This document shows, one piece after another, positions 37,600 to 45,443 of a stretch of DNA of 61,239 bases (position 1 is the stretch's first letter; each line of letters starts with the position of its first letter). The DNA is from Dehalococcoidia bacterium UBA1123 (GTDB lineage Bacteria > Chloroflexota > Dehalococcoidia > Lucifugimonadales > UBA1123): the NCBI GenBank assembly GCA_002313895.1, contig DCAW01000079.1, forward strand, positions 1-61,239, in the 5' to 3' direction. Position numbers and translations under genes: made by a program. Under the pieces are notes generated by a model. The model did not search any database, was not told the DNA's origin, and was given only the letters and a program-made list of their open reading frames with translations.

Positions 37600-40500
37600 G
37601 TGGAAAATCAAGACAGATCTACGTTGGAACAGATCCAGGAGCAATTCCGCCGATTTCCGGCGCCCGTTGCCGATGAGTTCGAGAAAGCCCAGGCGAAGAT
37701 GCCCGACAACATGGAAGCGGATTCCATGGTCAAATGGGCCAATGCGGGCGTAGAGATTGCCGAGCAAACTGTACGATCATGGGAAGCGGCGGCCCAGTAT
37801 TACAAGGTCAGTCCGCAGGTCATCTCCTACATGCCGTTCAATTACTTCATGCGATGGACGCAATGCGGCAACGATCTTTGCAAAGAGTCTCCCACTCTGG
37901 CGACGGCGTATTTTGAAGCCAGCCCCGAAGCGATGAGCCAGCTTCGCTCTCGCCACATCGAGGCGTGGGCGGCCCTGGGGAACAGTCTGTACAAGGGAAC
38001 TTGGAAGTCCAGCACGCTAGCGTGCAAGTTCTTCGCCTACAGTCCCGCTTTAATGGAAAGCCTGACGTTTCCAGAACTTGAGCGGTTTGTCAGCTTCCTC
38101 GACGCATTATCCCATCGTTCCTACGACCTTGCTGCGGAATGTCTTGCCCTGGGCCAACAGATATTCCCGCTGATAGGCGACGACAAGACTGCGTTTATCG
38201 GCCTTGCCACAGCCCTGGTTGATTCCGGTTGGCGCGAGGTTAAGAGTTTCTTTGAATCCGGCGCCAAGGCCCTCCCGAAGATTGATGAGGATCAGAGATT
38301 CCGTTTTCTCAAGATCGCGGAACGCCTGGTGCAGGGCGGAGGAACCAATATTCCCAATGTCATGCTGGAAACCTCTCAAGCGCTTTCAGAAGTCGACCCA
38401 GAGGCCCATTCTCGCATTTTGACACTCTCAGAAGCCCTGCTGGAAGAGTCTCCAGCCGCAGTGCCGGAGTTCATCAAGGGTTGCGCCCAGATAATGGACA
38501 GGCTGTCCCTGGCGCAAGTCGAACGTTGGTACGAGGAGGGCGTTAACCTGCTTCGTCAGAACCCAGACGGCGGTCTTGCGTTCTTCAAGATCGAGTCAGC
38601 GCACTCGGAGTCTGTGTTGGAGGCGTTGTCCTCCGGCGTCGAATTTGACCGAATCAAACCGGTCATGGAGATGTACTGCCGAGGTCTCGCAGGATCGGAG
38701 ATCAAGCTGGCCGCTAGCGAAGACCTGGTCAGCAAAGGCATTGGTTGGGTGTCGTCAGAGTCGCCGTCAACCGAAGGCTCGACGGTGTTCGTGCCCACGC
38801 TCGTTGACCGATACCCTAGCAAGGACGAAAATTTCGGCTGGTTCAAAGTTGTGTCGACTCATCAAGTGGCTCACCTTGAGTTCGGCAGTTTCTCCTTTGA
38901 ATTTGATGAGCCTTCGACCATTTTCCAAGACCGACGCGCGGATCTTGAGAAAAATAAGGTCGAAAAAGAGCGGCCCGAGGGTGAGGAACAGGTCGAAGGA
39001 GAAGGCTTGGAGCGCGCCTGGATTACCGACATGCAACGCTTTTTTAACCTGTTCGAAGACCGCAAGCTGTCACTTGATATCTTCACGGTTGTTGAGGACG
39101 GACGATTGGACTTCCGAGTCAAGCACGAGTATCCAGGCATCCGTGCCGCATACTCTGTTGTCCAGGCTGACTCCCACAAGGGCAGGCCTGAGATAGAGAG
39201 TTTGCCTGTTCGAGAGGCGTTGGTGGAATTTCTTGTACGTCTTAGCCTGCAACAATATGACTCCATTCCTGCTCCTCTCGAATATGTAGAGCAGGCAAAA
39301 CAGATTACCGACATAGCCCGCCGAGTGTTGGACGCCACAAGCACTGTGCAAGACGCTGCCGAAGCCACCCTGCGAATATACGCGATAATCGCTGCCATCC
39401 CCAATGAGGAAGTGCCTCCCGAAGATTGGGAGGATGTCGACACCGACGAAGAACAGCAGGAAGAGTACACCGACCCTGACGAAATGGAGCAACTGCTCCA
39501 ACAGCTCGCTGAAGGCATGGAGATGGAACTCAGGCCAGATGGCGAGTCTGATTACGAATCGTCCGAGGAGGTTGAGTATCGTGGCGACTTCAAACCCGAG
39601 CTAGTCCAACTTCTCAGCCAACTTCGCATGCAAGACGGACAGTCGGCAGGAGAGGCCGACGGACAACCAATCACCCAGGAACAGTTAGAAGAATTGCTCC
39701 AGAACAGCGCTGAACTGGACTTTCAGGCTGTGGAGGGAGACATACAAAACTCCCAGGGCTTGTTCGCGGACAACCTGCTGAAAGAGGCAGGCATGAATTT
39801 GCCGGACAACCCGGAATTCGGCCAGGGGCCGTTCGTTCACGTCGATGACGATGGCGATGCGCTGGAGGCCAGCGAGCCTCAGACATTCGTCTACGACGAG
39901 TGGGACTTCCGAGCCGACGACTACAAGCCCCGGTGGTGCATCGTTCGCCAAAAAACAATGCAGGAGGGCGACCCGGCGTTCTACGCTTCAACGTTGCACA
40001 ACTACGGTGGACTCGTGAGCAGGATTCGCCGACAATTTGAAATGATGGTCCCCGAGACGTTCCGGCGACAGCGCAAATTGGAGGACGGCGAGGACATCGA
40101 CATAGATGACCTGGTCGAGGCCATCGTCGACATGAAAACCGGGGTCAGCCCCAGCGAGAAATTCTACTGGCGCAGGAACAAGATACAGCGTGAGGTTGCC
40201 GCCGCTTTCCTGGTAGACACCAGCGCGTCAACGGCAGAAGCCATCGACGAGGGCAAACGCACAGCCGACGATTGGGACGCTCCCGACGATCCGGTGGAGT
40301 ATATGGTTTGGCTTCGCACACGCCGAGGCGAGGCGGCCCGGCGCTCATACAAACGGATAATCGACGTTGAAAAAGAAGCCATCGTCCTGATCGTCAACGC
40401 CCTGGAAGCGATCGGCGACGTGTATGGGATATACGGGTTCTCAGGCTACGGGCGCGAGAATGTGGAATTCTACACGATCAAAGAACTGGACGAGGCGTTC

Positions 40501-40878
40501 TCAGACAGGGTGAAGCGCAGGATAGACCGCGTGGCTCCTTTGCACGCCACCAGAATGGGACCGGCTATCCGTCACGCGACGTCCAAGCTAGAGAAGGCCG
40601 ACGCTCGCACCAAGATACTATTTCTGGTCAGCGACGGACGTCCTCAGGACAGGGGTTACAGCAGAGAGGGCGTGGAGAAGGAATACGCAGTTCACGATAC
40701 GCGGATGGCCCTTGAGGAAGCGCGGCGCAAGGACATCAACGCGTTCTGTCTCACAGTGGACAAGAACGGCCACGACTATCTTGGGACCATGTGCGCTGAC
40801 ATGGGCTACGAGGTTTTGGATAGCATTTTCGACCTTCCAGAAAGGCTTCTATACCTCTATCGCCGGTTGACGATGTAG
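37600..40878 (+). CDS. Large VWA-domain protein, CbbO/NorD-like partner of the CbbQ-type ATPase
   Basis: 1092 aa. The C-terminal region has YDEWDFRADDYKPRWC, ...FLVDTSAST (MIDAS DxSxS) and ILFLVSDGRPQD. There is a long helical N-terminal region and an acidic linker. The GTG start follows AAGGAGA. Confidence 0.75.
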   Translation: MENQDRSTLEQIQEQFRRFPAPVADEFEKAQAKMPDNMEADSMVKWANAGVEIAEQTVRSWEAAAQYYKVSPQVISYMPFNYFMRWTQCGNDLCKESPTLATAYFEASPEAMSQLRSRHIEAWAALGNSLYKGTWKSSTLACKFFAYSPALMESLTFPELERFVSFLDALSHRSYDLAAECLALGQQIFPLIGDDKTAFIGLATALVDSGWREVKSFFESGAKALPKIDEDQRFRFLKIAERLVQGGGTNIPNVMLETSQALSEVDPEAHSRILTLSEALLEESPAAVPEFIKGCAQIMDRLSLAQVERWYEEGVNLLRQNPDGGLAFFKIESAHSESVLEALSSGVEFDRIKPVMEMYCRGLAGSEIKLAASEDLVSKGIGWVSSESPSTEGSTVFVPTLVDRYPSKDENFGWFKVVSTHQVAHLEFGSFSFEFDEPSTIFQDRRADLEKNKVEKERPEGEEQVEGEGLERAWITDMQRFFNLFEDRKLSLDIFTVVEDGRLDFRVKHEYPGIRAAYSVVQADSHKGRPEIESLPVREALVEFLVRLSLQQYDSIPAPLEYVEQAKQITDIARRVLDATSTVQDAAEATLRIYAIIAAIPNEEVPPEDWEDVDTDEEQQEEYTDPDEMEQLLQQLAEGMEMELRPDGESDYESSEEVEYRGDFKPELVQLLSQLRMQDGQSAGEADGQPITQEQLEELLQNSAELDFQAVEGDIQNSQGLFADNLLKEAGMNLPDNPEFGQGPFVHVDDDGDALEASEPQTFVYDEWDFRADDYKPRWCIVRQKTMQEGDPAFYASTLHNYGGLVSRIRRQFEMMVPETFRRQRKLEDGEDIDIDDLVEAIVDMKTGVSPSEKFYWRRNKIQREVAAAFLVDTSASTAEAIDEGKRTADDWDAPDDPVEYMVWLRTRRGEAARRSYKRIIDVEKEAIVLIVNALEAIGDVYGIYGFSGYGRENVEFYTIKELDEAFSDRVKRRIDRVAPLHATRMGPAIRHATSKLEKADARTKILFLVSDGRPQDRGYSREGVEKEYAVHDTRMALEEARRKDINAFCLTVDKNGHDYLGTMCADMGYEVLDSIFDLPERLLYLYRRLTM

Positions 40879-40899
40879 CGCCAGATTACGGTAATGACC

Positions 40900-40934
40900 A
40901 GAGGCCGCGAATGCGAATTCGCGGCCTCTTTTTG
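40900..40934 (+). terminator. Rho-independent terminator after the VWA gene
   Basis: GAGGCCGCGAAU-GCGA-AUUCGCGGCCUC (12-bp perfect stem) followed by U5. Confidence 0.8.
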
Positions 40935-40999
40935 TCTGGATATTTATTTGAGGTGGTTCAGCCCGCAACGGGCAACCCATCGAACGCCTTGACAACGCG

Positions 41000-41191
41000 T
41001 CAGCGGGGCTTATTGGCCCTCAGTGAACCCAACCTATCCAAAGGGGCGTCTGGGTCCACGTCAGCGACGCTCAGGGCCTTCTCGTGGCAGAATAGCGCTT
41101 CGCCGTTGAGGTTTCGGTTATTTTTCTCGGCGCTTTTCACGAGTTTGGTGTACAACTTGTACGGTATGTCCTCAAGATTCAGTGATGGCAT
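41000..41191 (-). CDS. Ribbon-helix-helix (Arc/FitA/VapB-like) antitoxin-like protein, orphan
   Basis: MPSLNLEDIPYKLYTKLVKSAEKNNRNLNGEALFCHEKAL fits the M-x-L-x-I/L-R/E-x-I/L-P-x2-L/Y...RS(M/L)N-x-E pattern of RHH antitoxins. No toxin ORF follows. Confidence 0.45.
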   Translation of the reverse strand: MPSLNLEDIPYKLYTKLVKSAEKNNRNLNGEALFCHEKALSVADVDPDAPLDRLGSLRANKPR

Positions 41192-41389
41192 TGATTTGTC
41201 CTGTGGGGAAGTGGTCGATTTATGGTCGCCAGAAATTCAGATTACGGCCTATGAATTGGAGCGTCAAGGCATTCCACATGCTTAAGCGGTCGAAGCCATC
41301 AGAGTGAACAGCGCGTATAATAGTAACTCAACATGGAGCCACGTTGCGGGACACGCGCGCGAACGCTTTGGAACAAATGTTCGTTAATC

Positions 41390-42236
41390 ATGGCGATGGA
41401 ACCACGCGCCAGCCTAATTGCCAAAGGAGGGCCAGAGGACGGAACCGTCACTTCTCTCGGCCTTGAGGTGTTATCGTTTGACCGCTCGATGATGTCCGAT
41501 ATCGTTGTAGACCAGCCTGGAATATCCAAACAACATGCCTCCATTCGGGCCGACGCCTCCGGTTTTTGGATTGCCGACGCCGGCAGCCGCAACGGCACCT
41601 ACCTGAAACGGCAAGAAACTCGGGACAGAATCCGTGATTTTGAAAGAGGGCGACAAGATCGAGTTGGGTGGCATGGCGGCGTTTTGGGTATTTGCACCCT
41701 CCTCAATGACGTTGGACATTCTAACTGTGGGCATGACTGTGACCATAATGTTCACCGACATTGTGGAATCGACTGCGCTCACGGATCGTCTGGGAGATTC
41801 TCTGGCCCGTTCAGTGTTGCGAACCCATGACGCCTTCGTGAGACGCCAGATGAATTCCCACAATAGCACAGAGGTCAAGGCGCTCGGAGACGGATTCATG
41901 ATTACTTCCCCCGTGCCAAGAGCGGCTCGGACTACACGCTGGCAGTTCAACGCGAGCTGGCGGATTTCAATGCGTCCAATCCGACTGTCCAGGTTGGAGT
42001 GAGGATCGGACTGTCCGTTGGCGAACCCATTGTGGAAGACGCCGACCTCTTCGGTCACGCGGTGAACCTGGCAGCGAGGGTCAATGAGTTGGCCGGAGCA
42101 GGCCATGATTTATGCGTCAGAAATCGTGCAGTCCTTGTTAGCCGCCACCGGCGAGGGCAGCATGCGCGAAGCGGGAACATGTAAGCTAAAGGGAATTTCC
42201 GAACCTCAGAAAATCTTCAAGATTATGCGGCTGTGA
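41390..42236 (+). pseudogene. FHA-domain / class III adenylate-guanylate cyclase gene with three 1-nt indels
   Basis: The FHA domain (...ISKQHASIRAD...DAGSRNGTYL | NGKKLGTESVILKEGDKIELGG) and the cyclase domain (VTIMFTDIVESTALTDRLGD...VKALGDGFMIT | ...VGVRIGLSVGEPIVEDADLFGHAVNLAARV...AGAG | IYASEIVQSLL...KLKGISEPQKIFKI) are spread over three frames. The shifts are at about 41606-41608 (A-run), 41901-41912 (C-run) and 42100-42105. Confidence 0.7.
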
Positions 42237-42247
42237 ACCGTTGCCAG

Positions 42248-42472
42248 TTAATTGGTGTCTCGCAATCGGGCAGATTCGGCTAAACTGCTCAACGCAACTG
42301 CAAGATCGCTCATACCTGGACCCAGTTCCGCATTGGCGCCCCGTGCCAGCGACGTGGCATGTTCGGAGAGCCGTTCGACATTGCTGATGAGGTCACGATA
42401 AGCGTAAACGATCTCGAACCGTCTTGACAGGGTTTCTTGGAACGCAGAGTTCATCTCCGTCATCTGGGACAT
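42248..42472 (-). CDS. Hypothetical helical protein
   Basis: 74-aa ORF downstream of the cNMP-binding gene on the same strand. No recognisable motif. A second overlapping ORF (42393..42584) in another frame leaves the true boundaries unclear. Confidence 0.3.
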   Translation of the reverse strand: MSQMTEMNSAFQETLSRRFEIVYAYRDLISNVERLSEHATSLARGANAELGPGMSDLAVALSSLAESARLRDTN

Positions 42473-42599
42473 CGCCTGTTGTATCTGTCCGTTCCCACTC
42501 CTGGACCCGCGAAACTTCGTTCTCGTGCACTTTCTCGTCGGTTCTGCGTAGTCGCTGGCTCAGCGTCGCTAGCAGATTCACCATGAGGGTTACGGCAAC

Positions 42600-42959
42600 C
42601 TAAGGCTCGTTCTGGACAAACAGGAGGAACTTGTCGCGGTGCAACGCCAGCAGTTTGCAGTCTTGCATTGCTGTCCCGTCTGCCAAGCGGGGTCCAGCGT
42701 CGAGGGCTGACAACTCGCCGAGGACTTCGCCGCGGAGAACCTCGGCCAACCGGATTTTGTGGGCTTCCGGTGTCGATCTTGTGATCGAGACGGCGCCCTC
42801 GATTACGACGTCCAGGCTTCGACCCGTCTCTTCCTGCTTGATTATTACTTCGTCTCGCCGGAAGGTTTCTACCCCTTGCAAAGCCTCAATCACGGTCAAT
42901 TCCCTGTCAGATAGGCTAGAGAACATAGGCAAGGTTTTTAGCAAGTCGAAAAATGACAT
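42600..42959 (-). CDS. Cyclic nucleotide-binding domain protein
   Basis: 119 aa. LPMFSSLSDRELTVI...FRRDEVIIKQEETGRSLDVVIEGAV...VLGELSAL shows the cNMP-binding beta-roll pattern. Confidence 0.75.
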   Translation of the reverse strand: MSFFDLLKTLPMFSSLSDRELTVIEALQGVETFRRDEVIIKQEETGRSLDVVIEGAVSITRSTPEAHKIRLAEVLRGEVLGELSALDAGPRLADGTAMQDCKLLALHRDKFLLFVQNEP

Positions 42960-42972
42960 CAGGCGTGAGCGC

Positions 42973-44205
42973 CTATCCTGTCGGATTCAAAACGGCAATC
43001 AGTTCCAGCAACGCGTGAGTGACTGCCCGGCTGCGAATCCTCAAACGTTGGGTAGGGTAGTTGCCAGATCGGCTGGCGACCAGATCGCCAACTGCGAAGG
43101 CCATGTGGGCTGTTCCGACCGGCCCACTGGCTTCGGTCGGCTCGACAACGAGTCCTGTGATTCCAACGCCAACATGGGATTCAAAAAAGTTCTGTGCGGC
43201 CATAGCTAACGCCCCAGCCGAAGCGGACGTTGGGCTGTTCCAAGTGTTGGAAACTTCCTGAGGCACGCCGTATCGTTGCAGCGCCACGGCGTTCGAGGCG
43301 ACGATGCTGCCAGCGACTACATCGGAATATCCCGGAGCTTCGTTCATGCTGCTGGTCAATAGACCTCCAGTGAAACCTTCGATAATCCCAACCGTCTTGC
43401 CTACGCGTTTCAGAGCCTCGATCACCTGGGTCACAGCCGTTTCGTCGTCAAGGCCCCAGATCGCGTGTCCGACGATTCGGCGTATCTCCTGTTCCATCGG
43501 CAGGATCAACGCGCGGGCCTCCGATTCGGTGGCGGCGGTGGCGATGGCTCGCAAGTGAATCCCGTCCTGCTTCGAGTAAATGCCCAGGTTTGGGTTCTCG
43601 CTCTTGAACAGGGGAGACAACATCTCATCCAGGCCGCCTTCGCTGATGCCGAACGTCTTCAGCGTGCGGGTGATTATCGCGACATCTGGATTCATGCTCC
43701 GCAGTTTTGGCGCCAATTCGTTGTCCCACATTCGAGACAACTCCCTCGGAGGGCCGGGCATCGCTATGATGACTCGGTCCCCACGGTTCACCCACCAGCC
43801 AGGGGCGGTTCCCATCGGATTGAGGACAACTTCGGCCGAAGCTATCAGCGTGGCTTGTTTGATGTTGGTCGCGGGCATCGGCACGCCACGGCCTTCAAAT
43901 TGGGCTTTGAGATTTGCCAGCAAATCGTCTTGAACGACCATCTCTTCGCCCATGACCCTGGCGATGGACTCACGGGTCAGATCATCCGAAGTTGGTCCCA
44001 GGCCTCCGGTTGTGATGGTGACGTCAGAGCGAATCCAACCGCGCTTAATCACCTCATGGAGTCTGTCGGGATCGTCCCCAACCTTTGTGACCCACCGGAC
44101 CTCAACTCCGATCTTGGCAAGCTCTGCCGCAAGGTAGCCGGAGTTAGTGTCCACGATCTCGCCCATCAGTATTTCGGTTCCGATTGAGATTATTTCAGCG
44201 TGCAT
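42973..44205 (-). CDS. cinA: CinA family protein (MoCF-like domain plus nicotinamide-nucleotide amidohydrolase PncC domain)
   Basis: MHAEIISIGTEILMGEIVDTNS...TTGGLGPTSDDLTRE N-terminal pattern and a CinA C-terminal domain. The start was set at ATG 44205. Confidence 0.85.
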   Translation of the reverse strand: MHAEIISIGTEILMGEIVDTNSGYLAAELAKIGVEVRWVTKVGDDPDRLHEVIKRGWIRSDVTITTGGLGPTSDDLTRESIARVMGEEMVVQDDLLANLKAQFEGRGVPMPATNIKQATLIASAEVVLNPMGTAPGWWVNRGDRVIIAMPGPPRELSRMWDNELAPKLRSMNPDVAIITRTLKTFGISEGGLDEMLSPLFKSENPNLGIYSKQDGIHLRAIATAATESEARALILPMEQEIRRIVGHAIWGLDDETAVTQVIEALKRVGKTVGIIEGFTGGLLTSSMNEAPGYSDVVAGSIVASNAVALQRYGVPQEVSNTWNSPTSASAGALAMAAQNFFESHVGVGITGLVVEPTEASGPVGTAHMAFAVGDLVASRSGNYPTQRLRIRSRAVTHALLELIAVLNPTG

Positions 44206-44375
44206 ATATGGATCCCATCGTGTGTGTTGAATCGTGCAGTCGAAGCTGGGGGCGTCCAGAGCGTGTCCTCTGGCGAAGTATATCCTGCTCAATTCCGAGA
44301 AACGACGAAGATCGATCGGGCAGGCATTTTGACTGCGGCTCAATCGGACGAGTCAATGGGTTCGAGGCGAGGGCG

Positions 44376-45431
44376 TTAGCCGGTTGGCTTAGTGTTTGTC
44401 CCGAGAACAGAGCCACTGATGTCGCCATAAGGAGTGTCCTCTAAGAGCGAGTACATCATTTCTGTCCATTTAGCATCCAGCTTGAGAACTGCGTTGATAA
44501 CTGCGTCGGACGCCGACGTCGCATAATAGTGTCGCCCATCATCGGTTTTGTCACCCATGCGGAACAGGACTCCGTCGATGAACGACGTCCCTCTTTCAGT
44601 GGTGCCTCTAAATCTGATCTCTATTGATGGTCCATTGTCTTCGATGCCCCAGCGAGTATAGTCGCGGTCTTCATTCCGTGGAATTTCCACCAGCACCTCG
44701 GGCGGCCCAACCATATATGGGTAAAATTCCGCGAATTTATCGGCATCTAGAGGTCTGTTTTCGTCATCGATAGCCAGATTTCGGGCGACCCATTCTCCGT
44801 CTTCCTTTTGAATTCTCAGGACAGCCCCTTCCTCGTCGCCATCATCGCCCAAAAATACGTTGACCTCATCAATCTCGGAGAACTCACGTTTGACGAACCA
44901 CTTCGGTATCGGAGGGTCATCAGCTAGACGACCGAGAACGTCGCCCCATGATTTGGCGATTAGAAATAGTTGAGGGAATCCGGTGACTTGGGCGTAGTTG
45001 AAACTTCCGTCTGCGGTGGCGTCGCCGAGCCTGAAGCTGATATTTCGGTTTGCGGTAAGCCCAACTTCAACTATCAGTTGCGGCGCGTCAAGGCCGTACT
45101 CTGCTGGGTCATCGATAACAGCCCGCACAGTGGAGAAGTCCCGTTTGGTCTGAGGTCCGCTCAGCAATAGCACGATGCCGCCCCATCGGTAGTGATCTGG
45201 CGGGATTCCGGCAGGATCATCGAAGACCCAAGTGTGGGGCTCCGGCCTGTGGAAGCTGACTTGATTGTCTAGGTGAGACACATCAATGGAGTTTACGTCA
45301 TCGTAAGATACCTGATAGAACCAGGGTGGGTCGTCCTCTTTCTCTTTGGTTTTCTCGAAGGGGTTGATATACACGACGACTGCCGCGCTTACTGCTATCA
45401 AGACCAAAAGGACCGTTGCTTTCCAGTTCAT
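44376..45431 (-). CDS. DUF4340-like membrane-anchored protein, fourth gene of the GldG-type ABC cluster
   Basis: An N-terminal TM anchor (MNWKATVLLVLIAVSAAVVVY). Its position directly after the GldG-like gene is the usual place for DUF4340, by recollection. Confidence 0.6.
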   Translation of the reverse strand: MNWKATVLLVLIAVSAAVVVYINPFEKTKEKEDDPPWFYQVSYDDVNSIDVSHLDNQVSFHRPEPHTWVFDDPAGIPPDHYRWGGIVLLLSGPQTKRDFSTVRAVIDDPAEYGLDAPQLIVEVGLTANRNISFRLGDATADGSFNYAQVTGFPQLFLIAKSWGDVLGRLADDPPIPKWFVKREFSEIDEVNVFLGDDGDEEGAVLRIQKEDGEWVARNLAIDDENRPLDADKFAEFYPYMVGPPEVLVEIPRNEDRDYTRWGIEDNGPSIEIRFRGTTERGTSFIDGVLFRMGDKTDDGRHYYATSASDAVINAVLKLDAKWTEMMYSLLEDTPYGDISGSVLGTNTKPTG

Positions 45432-45443
45432 TCCGCCGCCTCT

